This document shows positions 12,001-21,349 of a stretch of 64,000 nt of DNA, piece after piece; position 1 is the first letter of the stretch; each line of letters opens with the position of its first letter. The notes beneath the pieces are model-generated. The model saw nothing but the letters and a program-made list of their open reading frames with translations, had not been told where the DNA came from and did no database searches. Location of the stretch: the NCBI GenBank assembly GCA_002269645.1, contig NIVC01003053.1, positions 1-64,000 of the forward strand. The letters are read 5' to 3'. This DNA is from Macrostomum lignano. Taxonomy: Eukaryota. Position numbers and translations under genes: made by a program.

Positions 12001-15000
12001 CGGAGTCATGAGTGCGGTCAGATCCTTGTCAGATTTGAATAGGATGTACTGCGCTTGCCCATCCTGAGTTGTGCTCGACGCTTGCAGACTGGCGTCTCTG
12101 ACAGTCGGTGCCAAATTAGTACTCATGTACTTATCAGACTGCTGAGATATATACTGTGCCTGGTGTTCTTGAGTTGTGCTAGACGCTTGCAGGCTGGCGT
12201 CTCTGACAGTCGGTGCCAAATTAGTACTCATGTACTTATCAGACTGCTGAGATATATACTGTGCCTGGTGTTCTTGAGTTGTCCTAGACGCTTGCAGGCT
12301 GGCGTCTCTGACAGTCGGTGCCAAATTAGTACTCATGTACTTATCAGACTGCTGAGATATATACTGTGCCTGGTGTTCTTGAGTTGTGCTAGACGCTTGC
12401 AGGCTGGCGTCTCTAACTGTCGGAGTCAGTAGTGTCGATAAATCCTTGTCTGAATGGAACAGTACGTACTGAACTTGACTTTCTGTAGTGGATCGGCTGG
12501 CCTGTTGACTGGCATCTTTCACCGGGCTAAGCAATGTATTCAAGTCTTTGTCCGACTGGAACAAGAGGTACTGCGCGTGGCCTTCTCTGGTTTGGGTTGA
12601 TGCTTGGAGACTGGCGTCTCGAGTGTCGCTCGTTGTTAGCGCCGATAGGTCTTTGTCCGATTGGAAGAGCACATACTGCGCCTGACTCTCGGTAGTGACT
12701 CTAGAAGCTTGCTGGCTAGCGTCTCTCAATTTTGGACTCATCAAGGCCGTCAGGTCTTTGTCTGACTGGAACACCAAGTACTGAGTCTGACCCTCTGTCA
12801 TCGTCCGAGAGACTTGCATGCCGGCGTCTCGCATTTTTGGCTCTAGCATGACCGACAGGTCTTTGTCCGATTTGAACAAAACGTACTGCGTATGACCCTC
12901 CGTGGTCAGAGCCGACGCCTGAGTGCTAGAGTCGGTAACAGCCGTCGAGTCTTTGTTCGACTGAAAAATGACGAACTGCGTGTCGGTGTCGCGCGAGCGG
13001 GTCTGCAAACCTGCTTGGCAGCTTCTGTCTCTGAGGATGAGCCTCTGCTGCAGTTCAGCTCGGAGCTCCTCCGTATCCAAGCGCTTCAGCCAATTGACGC
13101 TGTCCGTAGCATCTACCGGCTGACTCACCGCCCGCACCTTTTCCTCCGTCTGCCAGTCTTCGTCCAAGTCGATTTCGACAATTCTTGGTCCAGAGAACTC
13201 CAAAGCGGTGTCCTTGAGCGCCCAAGACGTTTGGATGGCGTGGTCGATTTGGCTCAGGCTTTGCTCCTCCGTCGCGACTTGAAAGAACGCGCTGGCCTCT
13301 CCGGAGTCCGGCATCGTCTGGATGGCGTGCTCTCGACCTTCGACTTGGCTGTACTGACTGCCCGATTGGGTGGCTGGCAGCCGTGTGCTCAGCATTAGCG
13401 TGTCGTTGGTAGAGTACCGAGTCTGGACGCCGTGGTCCGCCCGCTCGCTGTCGAACTGACTACCCGAGTGCTCCGTGACCAGGCGCTGAGACACCGCCGA
13501 ACTCAACAAGCCACCGCCGACTCCCACGGTCTGAATTCCGTGCTCCATAGCTGAGGGTCGCTGCGCTGTAACGCTCGAGTCGGCCGTGGCGAAGCCAGTC
13601 TGAATTCCGTGATGCTGCTGGCTGGCCGCGATTCGCGTTTGGATGCCGTGCTCCGCCCGGCGGCCGACGCTGCGCTCCGTCGTCTGCAACGCCGCCTCGC
13701 GAGTGCCGGCCTGAGTAGTTTGCAGACCGCGCGAGTGCTGCTGCAGCCACTGGCGACCGACGACGTTGTCGGCGACACTTTCGCGGGCGGAGGACGAGGC
13801 TACCGAAGACAGCTCGCTCCAGCGGGCCTCGTCGACGCCCGCCTGTCGTAAGCCGGCAGCGGCGGCTTCGTTGAACTCGGACTGACGGGCACGCTGCGAC
13901 GGCAGCTGGAACTGCAGAAGCCCCGCGACAGTGTCGCCGCCGGTAGCCGCATGAGCGGACATCAGCACCTCCTGGCGGCGCAGCTTGCGCACGTGGCGGC
14001 GCTGTTCGGCAGCCTGGCCAGCTCGCCAAGCGTTCAGTTTGGCGAAGAGCGACTCCAGTTGCTCCTGGCCGCTGGCTTGGAGAGTCCTGCGGAATAGCGA
14101 TTGCATTGCTGGCTAGATGGGTTGCTACCGACTGTCTAGAGATGTACTAAGCATCTTTGATGGCTGTTGACTGACGATTGATAGCTCATTGATAGATGAT
14201 GATAACTTATTGATTGATTGATTGGTTTGTTGATTGATTGATAATTGATTGGTGATTGATTGATGATTTCTTGATTGATTTATCGATTGATGTTTTATTG
14301 ATGATTGATTGGTGATTTGTTGATTTATGATTGATTGACATAATAATTGATGATTGATTTCGAGATGTATGTAATTGCTAATCATCTGAGAGCTGACTAT
14401 TTGTAAATGCAAATTGTTTGCGGACTTGATGAAGGAACTGCTGCTCAACACCATCCAAAACTATGCTCAATACTCACTCTAGCAGAGCGATGGAATTATG
14501 CAGCTCAGGCTTGGAGCAGTCCAGCTCAGTCAGCCAGTACTCGGAGCCGCGCACGGCCAGAGACTGGCGCCGGAACGACTCCCAGTACTTGATGTGCGAC
14601 TCCAGCTTGGCCAGCAGGCTCCTCAGCTGCACAATTTCAGCCTCTTTGAGCAGCACTCGCTTCCTCGAGCCGCGTTTCGACGGGTCGTTGCGTCGGTCCA
14701 ACTGAGCGAGGGTCTGCAGCACCGAACGGAACCGATCGTCGTCTCCAAAGATATTGTACACCTCCTGCTTGAGCAGCTGCCACTGCTCGGGGCTCTCAAA
14801 TTCGGCGTAGTCGTGAGCGGACAGGTGGCGGAAGAGCAAGGTGAGGTAGTCGCACAGCACCGTCTGGAACCGGGCCGCTGAGCTGCCCCAGAGAGACAGG
14901 AATTTCTCCTCCAGCCTGCGGAATGACAAATCATCACGTTTGAGACAGGGGAATTCTTTTTTTGGGATCGGGGAATCCCTTTAGAACAAGATAAAATAAA

Positions 15001-18000
15001 ACAAATTTGAACTGGGAATCTCAGTTGGAATGGGGGAATCCTGTTTATTATGGGAATTTGGATTGGAATGAAAGAATAAGATGCCTAAATTTGGTATTAG
15101 GGAATCCGTGTCAATAATGGGGAAATTCGAGTCGATACGGGAGAATAAAAGTTAATAAAGAGGGAATCAATTTTAATATTTGGAAAATTCAATTTAATAA
15201 ATGGGGAATCCAATTCAGTACTTAGGGAATCCAAGCAATTAATGAGGGAATCCAATTTAAAAAAGGAAGAATCCTATTTATTTATTGAGAATCCAATTTA
15301 ATAATTGGGGAATCCGATTCAATAATTGAGGAATCCGATTCAATAATTGAGGAATCCGATTCAATAATTGGGGAATCCGATTCAATAATTGAGGAATCCG
15401 ATTCAATAATCGGGGAATCCGATTCAATAATTGAGGAATCCGATTCAATAATTGGGGAATCCGATTCAATAATTGAGGAATCCGATTCAATAATCGGGGA
15501 ATCCGATTCAATAATTGAGGAATCCGATTCAATAATTGGGGAATCCGATTCAATAATTGAGGAATCCGATTCAATAATCGGGGAATCCGATTCAATAATT
15601 GAGGAATCCGATTCAATAATTGGGGAATCCGATTCAATAATTGAGGAATCCGATTCAATAATTGGGGAATCCGATTCAATAATTGGAGAATCCGATTCAA
15701 TAATTGGGGAATCCGATTCAATAATTGGGGAATCCGATTCAATAATTGGAGAATCCGATTCAATAATTGGGGAATCCGATTTAATAACTGGGGAATCCTT
15801 ATTTTCTTTTAGAGAAGAGGGTGAATTTCTTTTAGAACTGGGGAGAATTTGTATAGGGAGAATACTCTACTCACTTCAGCGCCAGCTCGGTCGCGCCGAG
15901 ATCAGGCGGAGGCAGCCACAGCATGATAGAAGGCACGTCGAAGCTGGCTGCCTCGCCATCCTCAGACTCGTAGGAGACCCGCCAGAGCAGACTGTCCGAG
16001 TTGTCAAGCAGGGTGAGCTCGGTGCCCTCCTCGAATCGGCCGATCGAGTTCTCGAATGGGCACAGCAGCAGGGCCGGCCGGGGCTGTCGGGTGGGTTCGA
16101 GTCTCTGCTGCACCTAGGTGTAGGGATGATGAATGGTTTTATGGACTATGTGGATTGCTAATCTATCCAATCATATTGATAAAGGAATAGAATGGATTGC
16201 TAATCTAACCAATCGTATTGATAAAGGAATAGAATGGATTGCTAATCTAGCCAATCATATTGATAAAGGAATAGAATGGATTGCTAATATAGCCATTCAT
16301 ATTGATAAAGGAATAGAATGGATTGCTAATCTAGCCATTCATATTGATAAAGGAATAGAAATATAGAATGGATTGCTAATCTAGCCAATCATATTGATAA
16401 AGGAATAGAATGGATTGCTAATCTAGCCATTCATATTGATAAAGGAATAGAATGGATTGCTAATCTAACCAATCGTATTGATAAAGGAATAGAATGGATT
16501 GCTAATCTAGCCAATCATATTGATAAAGGAATAGAATGGATTGCTAATCTATCCCTAACTCACTGGCACAACCCGCCGGCTAGCAGACACCACAGTCTGC
16601 ACCCGCTGCCAGAGGCACAGGAACTCCGACAGCTGGCTCTGCATGAAGGTCTTGATGGAGTCGGTTTCTCGCACAATCGGCTTGGGCGAGAAGGCGCTGA
16701 GCCAGTGCTCCAGCTGGTGCCAGCGGTCTTTCAGCAGCAGGAAGGTGTCCCGGTAGTCGAAGAAGAACTGATGATAGTCTGAGGCGTTTCTGGTGTGCAC
16801 GCGGGTCAGGTCGGTGAGCCGCTGCACCTGCGACCAGCAGTCGGTCACGCCCTGGCTTGTCACCTTGTCACCGTGCGGATGGTCACGCATGGCCTTGGCG
16901 CGGGCCATAACAGTGTGCATCAGTTTCTGGGGGGATAGGGTAGCGTTCAGTAGAAGTGTAGTACAGTAGAGTAGATCTGAATAGAGTAGAGTAGGGTAGA
17001 TCTGAGTAGAGTACAGTAGAGTAGATCTGAGTAGAGTAGAGTAGAGCAGAGTAGATCAGAGTAGAGTAGATCTGAGTAGAGTAGATCTGAGTAGAGTACA
17101 GTAGAGTAGATCTGAGTAGAGTAGAGTAGAGCAGAGTAGATCAGAGTAGAGTAGATCTGAGTAGAGTAGAGTAGATCTGAGTAGAGTAGAGTAGATCTGA
17201 GTAGAGTAGAGTAGAGCAGAGTAGATGAGAGTAGAGTAGAGCAGAGTAGAGTAGATTAGATCTGAGTAGAGTAGAGTAGAGCAGAGTAGATCAGAGTAGA
17301 GTAGATCTGAGTAGAGTAGAGTAGATCTGAGTAGAGTAGATCTGAGTAGAGTAGATCTGAGTAGAGTAGATCTGAGTAGAGTAGAGTAGAGCAGAGTAGA
17401 TCAGAGTAGAGTAGATCTGAGTAGAGTAGAGTAGATCTGAGTAGAGTAGAGTAGATCTGAGTAGAGTAGAGTAGATCTGAGTAGAGTAGAGTAGAGCAGA
17501 GTAGATGAGAGTAGAGTAGAGCAGAGTAGAGTAGATTAGATCTGAGTAGAGTAGATCTGAGTAGAGTAGATCTGAGTAGAGTAGATCTGAGTAGAGTAGA
17601 GTAGATCTGAGTAGAGTAGAGTAGAGTAGATCTGAGTAGAGTAGAGTAGAGTAGATCTGAATAGAGTAGAGTAGATCTGAATAGAGTAGAGTAGATCTGA
17701 GTAGAATAGATCTGAGTAGAGCAGAGTAGATCTGAGTAGAGCAGAGTAGATCAGAGTAGAGTAGATCTGAGTAGAGTAGATCTGAGTAGAGTAGATCTGA
17801 GTAGAGTAGATCTGAGTAGAGTAGATCTGAGTAGAAAAGATCTCTGAGTCGGATGGAACAGAGCAGAGTAGAATATATCAGAGCACTAGTAACAGCCATC
17901 ATTACCGTGAAGTCGTCCTCCAGTCCTGCAATCCGCTGCAGATAACCAACGCACTTCTTGTTCTGGTGAATCTCGCCTTTGATGCTCTCGCTCTCCTTCA

Positions 18001-18838
18001 GCAGGCGGGCCTCGGTGTCGCCCTGTTGGGGTTGCGAAGGGGAGGGTTCAATGTTGAACATCAGCTAGCCATCGGCAGCTCAAGTACCATGAAGCACTGA
18101 AAGTTCAATGGACGATTCTCACCCGGACTCCATCGCAGATCTGCTTCTCTATATCGAAGAGGCGAGTCTCCAAATCTTTTTGAAGCTCGCCAGCCTCGCC
18201 CAGAAACAAATTGTTGTCCCCGAATCGAACTCTGGTCGCTTCGTCCTGCGAGCGGTGTTCGGGTTTATGTGGGTCTTTGTTAGATATAATCTTAGGAGAA
18301 TTATTTCAGTTGTTCGAGTGTAACAGGTAACAGTTCAAGTCTAACAGGTAACAGTTCGAGTCTAACAGGTAACAGTTCGAGTCTAACAGGTAACAGTTCG
18401 AGTCTAACAGGTAACAGTTCAAGTCTAACAAGTAACAGTTCGAGTCTAACAGGTAACAGTTCAAGTCTAACAGATAAAACACCAGTCTAACATGTAAAAC
18501 CTACCCCAGTCTAACAGGTAAACACCTGTATAACAGGTAAAACCCCCAGTCTAACAGGTAAAACACCAGTCTAACAGGTAAAACACAGAGGTCTAACACG
18601 TAAAACCCACCCCAATCTAACAGGAAAAACCCCAGTCTAACAGGTAAAACCCGATTCTAACAGGTAAAACACCAGTATAACAGGTAAAACCTCAGTCTAA
18701 CAGGTTAGAATTTAAACAAATTCAACTCCAATGTTAACAGAGAAATTCTCAAGAGTCAAGTATTATAACAAAATATCATGGACTCACCTTGATAGCTCGA
18801 AGAGCATCTTCAAGCTGCACCTCCACCTCTGTCCCCAT
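1..18838 (-). CDS. Giant plakin-family protein (spectrin repeats + plakin SH3) with a very long repetitive tail; 3'-incomplete, >5,100 aa in window
   Basis: Phase-consistent GT-AG exons: 18838-18788 (MGTEVEVQLEDALRAIK), 18290-18123, 18064-17906, 16926-16564, 16113-15875, 14915-14478, 14086-<1. Exon 4 (CWSQVQRLTDLTRVHTRNASDYHQFF...VVSASRRVVP) and exon 5 (LLCPF...GTELTLLDNSDSLLWRV...VPSIMLWLPPPD) match the plakin spectrin-repeat and SH3 pattern of plectin/desmoplakin/dystonin. Confidence 0.8.
2..7444 (-). CDS. Giant exon of the plakin gene, part after the frameshift; runs off the window edge
   Basis: Spot translation at 7444, 5460, 2160, 660 and 2-60 gives open sequence in one frame (VAVFSQTVDAQ..., EVQTQSFLQDAIIKVDTTT, DEFEDFGTQT, VATVDKDIITESVLTDY). 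The ORF track reports nothing in this frame, as expected if no stop occurs before the edge. Not every codon was checked. Confidence 0.8.
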   Translation of the reverse strand, partial: MAVFSQTVDAQDESARVQPLGKTASALAGSRVMVDSSGQYYLKTANSATLVPGVVASSSEAEAALESSDSRIVARVFDEKSDVSSQTVSAIASAQSVSTTKMRDVSTHYVLLASSHNAFSQTEEEVETIVQVEQAPLKMEPTEQVNKSTQVVSAMQDTDAQFFNASSSTFGIQTERFEATGHVQVGLETQFEKPRAEMIDFQCQTHSAPTMKESACGFAPSASLNNSVQTVAMDSESESLIESGFQTERSMDEADIARSTQTDINVIVKPNAQESQMKVKTTVQSDLSSQFDPELNESSLHYHARGEDFSSQAAPQLISKRVQLGVPWNFYSDSAIQTEESSSDEDSLTDQTVSRFEQDCQTMFIWSSSETQTDQLLIEDTEEETDIEPETAVQVMAVQQREGINRACQTGKTEKRDVMSAYYADCAEVSVVAKEVEKDLKSESVRVALTTQVEHVDGAATSKRLSYQDDSLLFRSQCPECARRGKVSIIESQTQYWSPLLDRAAQYDQSSDDKSLQVLFTSESPKTIEKGFKATQPKETADACVVALDYDYQSLEVVCHTYESLVAQLSQKVSDLEAAANRVGLEEHVRVKPYQKAKRIQKGTSAFNLAEMFVQTDPAEEPEVIREVVQLQSAPKADTENIEVQTQSFLQDAIIKVDTTTPVEKEVSDSEVKARVEMQELSTGFGVAHEDTIIKVDTTTPVEKEVSESEVKARVEMQELSTGFGVAHEDTIIKVDTTTPVEKKVSDSEVKARVEMQELSTGFGVAREDAIIKVDTTTPVKKEVSDSEVKARVEMQELSTGFGVAREDAIIKVDTTKPVKKEVSDSEVKARVEMQELSTGFGVAREDAIIKVDTTKPVEKEVSESEVKARVEMQELSTGFGVAREDAIVKVDTTKPAEKEMYDSEVKARVEMQELSTGFDVTHVHKVIQLGSPFSNRVENYCNTDQVEEVEVQVRHVESTPRPELADLGTQYQQSQYESVGIQARLYEPVVTSPTTGPEKEFAETKMEFGVRMKDISTTFDANLDNKVSQYGCSFFRLVETGTNTEDEEVPVQIRFVESAPPPEKVSIATQSHRSLMLDRETTFKSESKHKVIQHGCPYFMMVDGDCNTEPLKAETIEIPVPLVVSKLDENVGTPEITWKSKAIQRGCPSFAVRNVASNTENFETEDYVEYGSYDQYVLPETLKTAEYSDAMVKASIKADLHRKAIQHGCPFAMHSDVGTETDPDTEIVAAVQAPKFESAPVRKRDATTQAFQEVQEWGVQVELFEPTQIEVTVPVQSASVPQCSNAATQSFQEIEELGIQVELTQPTIVQVEKDSGEILVAYKAATQDSTSTFLPPGTIGKVIQKGCPFSMLHEVECSADMDPPFTTPVKRSDLVESGNQFDVGIARKAIQRGCPWSMKYEVECDTEGLGSSPEPQTKASLVDCGVQCYTELSAVGCDTAGLESPAVPYQVTQDKTEMIDSGNQYDIQVMMKAIQRGCPWLMTREASSNTETEEIFEEVQMQLQSTEPTTAKEFKCKRIQHGCPAAFRIEAGILAQEKSEDSPGTSRKQFGARRLSTEFEDFGTQTIEYCCDMEVQCSIDVQSGPVTSTKEFKGKCIQHGCPTALRMEAGVLALERSDDSPGTSRKQFGARRLSTEFEDFGTQTIEYCCDSEVQFDVQPGPVESTKEFKGKCIQHGCPAAFRAEIAVLAQEQFDDSPRNVKKQFGPRRLSDEFEDFGTQTFEYCCDIEVQCSIDTQEQFDDSPRNVKKQFGPRRLSDEFEDFGTQTIEYCCDIEVQCSIDFQSEPSPRHVDSAEAACDPIEIPRQAKRVQRGVPFSKIKNASTNTEQFEASAQEEESEVPPYCPKWDIMPVVHVAKSSGTDVETAEVACLMITETASVQTSCCIEIDDASTDVIKDDEEVITIVQAQLAETAAPVVSNKFCQTKSFMEDSSGQYESSEVRYESLESLESRKVSQGNQTKEEMDESSGQYSVEVCDVLVKTQWPISVTSSMCVFEVALHSRSETQTVDDEKSEVRSDSDEPDKTDSREIQQYVDNVMFPVTHYTEPDTETLEASVVARTDNLSQPIQTEDSVIQCSLISSTPRKLSVSEAIETLEVEVQTKTFCDSVDTQTMCYSADASVEYDFEDFDENQRPKYAGKLRAAKKSTEITDQECQTSIECASTAMQFIADEVDTLTRKSRPESGETSVRHRAEQRSAQVQMNSLVLRDRRSRSRSRKRKLPEVSTQTEFVEEEVKETFETTIHECTPPRVDPADQEVKKTSQMRTSVFTAEAHVQFEPEDSCNALVVARLETKVPHEERKENSTEREVQTEGILTNSSVQFEGHAEPDEPQQDAVDDLYTIIKVETKDSSSMPDTDYANAAVQFDGEAEVETCTAEVRTGANTNAAEVQTVVYCIDVETEFEQEERVEEVFQQQVVTLEQSAPRNDVLCQTGEFMEDFGSGYSVERREFGVENVVATCETHTVRTVATVDKDIITESVLTDY
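2030..2900 (-). repeat. Coding repeat, 4 copies (SPRNVKKQFGPRRLSDEFEDFGTQTIEYCCDIEVQC-like)
   Basis: Anchor TCGACGAG at 2180, 2318, 2546 and 2780 (spacings 138, 228, 234 bp). Confidence 0.85.
4680..5495 (-). repeat. Coding tandem repeat, 117 bp / 39 aa, about 7 copies
   Basis: Anchor TCGTGTCCAC at 4765, 4882, 4999, 5116, 5233, 5350, 5467. Unit IIKVDTTTPVEKEVSDSEVKARVEMQELSTGFGVAREDA. Confidence 0.95.
7445..14086 (-). CDS. Giant exon of the plakin gene, part before the frameshift (ORF-track 7225..14106 frame)
   Basis: Acceptor ctattccgcAG|G at 14087/14086 is phase 2, matching the donor at 14477. Open frame of about 2,200 codons made of 35-aa and roughly 105-135-aa repeats. Confidence 0.85.
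12055..12430 (-). repeat. Coding tandem repeat, 105 bp / 35 aa, about 3.5 near-identical copies
   Basis: Unit TNLAPTVRDASLQASSTTQEHQAQYISQQSDKYMS, embedded in a longer degenerate 35-aa series (about 11400-13000). Confidence 0.9.
14155..14365. repeat. Degenerate (GATT)n microsatellite in plakin intron 6
   Basis: Runs of ttgattgattg. Confidence 0.8.
15180..15800. repeat. 21-bp minisatellite GGGAATCCGATTCAATAATTG in plakin intron 5
   Basis: More than 20 near-perfect copies at 15305-15795, degenerate copies on the left. Confidence 0.95.
16148..16555. repeat. 42-bp minisatellite filling plakin intron 4
   Basis: Unit GATTGCTAATCTAGCCAATCATATTGATAAAGGAATAGAATG, about 9-10 copies. Confidence 0.95.
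16960..17835. repeat. Pentamer satellite (AGTAG / ATCTG / AGCAG) in plakin intron 3
   Basis: Continuous agtagagtagatctg pattern. Confidence 0.95.
18320..18705. repeat. About 21-bp minisatellite (GTCTAACAGGTAACAGTTCGA and variants) in plakin intron 1
   Basis: Tandem copies with a TCTAACAGGTAA core. Confidence 0.9.
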
Positions 18839-19844
18839 GGCAACCGAAGGGGAAGTGGGGCTGCTAATAGAGCCGCTAAAAAAGTTTCGAGTAAAGTAAA
18901 TTGGCAGTGATCAGACGGTGATCGGCAGGTATCGGTCTGTTTTGTTAGTGCCAATTGGAATATATTGTTAATTTTAGTTAGTTCAAATACCGATTTCGCG
19001 GTGGCCCTATGAAAAGTTTGGCACAAAAGCAGGCGGGAGGCAGACGAGCCGGCTATATTATAAAGATGCGCGCTAGAGGGCGGGAGCTGAGCCCAAACTC
19101 AAGCTTCTAATTCGCTGTACCTCTGACAATCCACCCCCTGGCCTAACCCTTATCTCAAGCGATGGTTGCCCACCCAACCTTATCTCTCTCTCTCTTTTCA
19201 ATTCTTTTTTTCCAGATGAACAAAAGATGCCCACAAGAGATAAAGTGAAGCACGGAGAGACTTAGTTGGCATCGAAGAATACTCGGTTGAGCATGCTCGG
19301 AGAAGCAGGCAGATAGCCCTCTGTTTGTGTTCCATTCAACCTCAACCATCTCACTGCCCTGAGCCTCGCCGCTCGCGCTCAGAATAACAACCTGCAGAAT
19401 TGCAGTTTAGCTTAGTTATGTTTGAGCAGAGAATGCAAAGTTCTCAAGCCATTATGACCATGGTCTATCTATCCACAGTATCTGCTGGGACGCTGCTCTG
19501 TTATTGCAATCTTGCGTGTTGACGAGTTCGCAACAAAAAAGTGGGTGGGCACCCCAGCTAACACCAGCACTTCACTGTCTAAACTTGGAAAGATTCTTCA
19601 GCTACAGAGCAAGAGCGAAGATAACCAAAACTATTGCTTTAGCGCTGAGATGGCTATAGGGACGGTAAAAGACAAAGATTGCAGCTGCTATTTCTGTTAA
19701 TGATATGATTGTGCGAAATGTGCTTTTGCTGTGAAGTTAACTTTTTAAAAAATGTCCCACGTAATGGCGCTTTTTATTGGCAGTTAAAACAAAACCATTG
19801 TCAGCTGAAGGGCGGCCATTGCAGAGGGGTGCATCAAACGATCG

Positions 19845-20815
19845 AAAGACAGGCGCCATTAGAGACAGGCGCCATCAGTGACAAGCGCCATCAGAGACAG
19901 ACGCCATTAGACAGGCGCCATCAAAAAGAGGGGCCGTTTGAGACAGACGCCATCAGTGACAGGCGCCATCAGAGACAGGCGCCATCAGAGACAGGCGCCA
20001 TCAGAGACAGGCGCCATCAAAGAGAGGGGCCGTTTGAGACAGACGCCATCAGAGACAGGTGCCATTAGAGATAAGCGCTATTAGAGACAGGCGCTATCAG
20101 AGACAGGCGCCATTAGACAGGCGCCATCAGAGACAGGCGCCATTAGACACGCGCCATAAGAGACAGGCGCCATTAGAGACAAGCGCTGTCAGAGACAGGA
20201 CAGGCGCCATTAGACACGCGCCATCAGAGACAGGCGCCATTAGACAGGCGCCATTAAAAAGAGGGGCCGTTTGAGACAGACGCCATCAGAGACAGGTGCC
20301 ATTAGAGATAAGCGCTATTAGAGACAGGCGCTATCAGAGACAGGCGCCATTAGACAGGCGCCATCAGAGACAAGTGCCATTAGAGATAAGCGCTATTAGG
20401 GACAGGCGCTATCAGAGACAGGCGCCATTAGACAGGCGCCATCAGAGATAAGCGCCATCAGAGACAGGCGACACATTAGACAGGCGCCATCAAAGAGGCG
20501 CCGTTAGAGACAGACACCATCAGAGACAGGCACCACCAGAGACAGGCGCCATTAGACAGGCGCCATCAGAGATAAGCGCCATCAGAGACAGGCGACACAT
20601 TAGACAGGCGCCATCAAAGAGGCGCCGTTAGAGACAGACACCATCAGAGACAGGCACCACCAGAGACAGGCGCCATTAGACAGGTGCCATCAGAGATAAG
20701 CGCCATCAGAGACAGGCGACACATTAGACAGGCGCCATCAAAGAGGCGCCGTTAGAGACAGACACCATCAGAGACAGGTACCACCAGAGACAGGCGCCAT
20801 TAGACAGGTGCCATC
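19845..20815. repeat. GGCGCC-containing minisatellite (AGAGACAGGCGCCATC / ATTAGACAGGCGCC) with 124-bp higher-order units
   Basis: Dozens of 13-16 bp monomers. Variant GCGACACATTAG recurs at 20468, 20592, 20716. Confidence 0.9.
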
Positions 20816-21349
20816 TTACTATCCTATCATTTATGTACTTTTTGAGCCATCAATTGAGTAGCCTAGGCTTGCAATTTAAAAGTGTTGAGTGGGCAACATG
20901 TTGCTAAAAATAGTCCAGCCCGTCGGATGAACTGATGACGCCCAAATTTTAGCAAAACGAATGGCTAATAAGGCAGACCCAAGCACACACGATGTCACAT
21001 GATTAAATAGCCAAAAAACCATCTCTATTTGTTAGAGACGAAAAAAAAAGAAAAACAGAGAGTTCAAGAGGACCGCCATGCAGTGAACTTCGTTGGCTAT
21101 GGCGCCACTCCTCTCTGTATGCCCGAACAAGCTGAAAGCAGATGACCGCTCATGCAGTCAACTACAACTTTTAAATAAATAATAAATCTATTTGTGCCGA
21201 AATAACTTGGTTGCTGTCTAATAGGTACATGTACGCTCATAGTGTACATGTAACTCATAGTGTACATGTAACTCATAGTGTAAATGTATGTACATGTGCA
21301 TGTATGTGCATGTATGTACATGTAGCTCATAGTGTGTGTACATGTACAT

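Noticed and set aside
4680-13851. Plus-strand ORFs over the giant exon, and antisense ORFs over the ENaC, ACAD, YR and hnRNP L exons
   Set aside because: Shadow ORFs of the true coding strand, with no recognisable motifs or splice support.
14086-14106. ATG at 14106 as the start of an independent 2293-aa gene
   Set aside because: A phase-matched acceptor at 14087 links the exon to upstream plakin exons, so the ATG is intronic.
19155-19700. Short minus-strand open frames upstream of the plakin ATG
   Set aside because: No consistent exon chain or recognisable protein; possibly UTR or decayed sequence.
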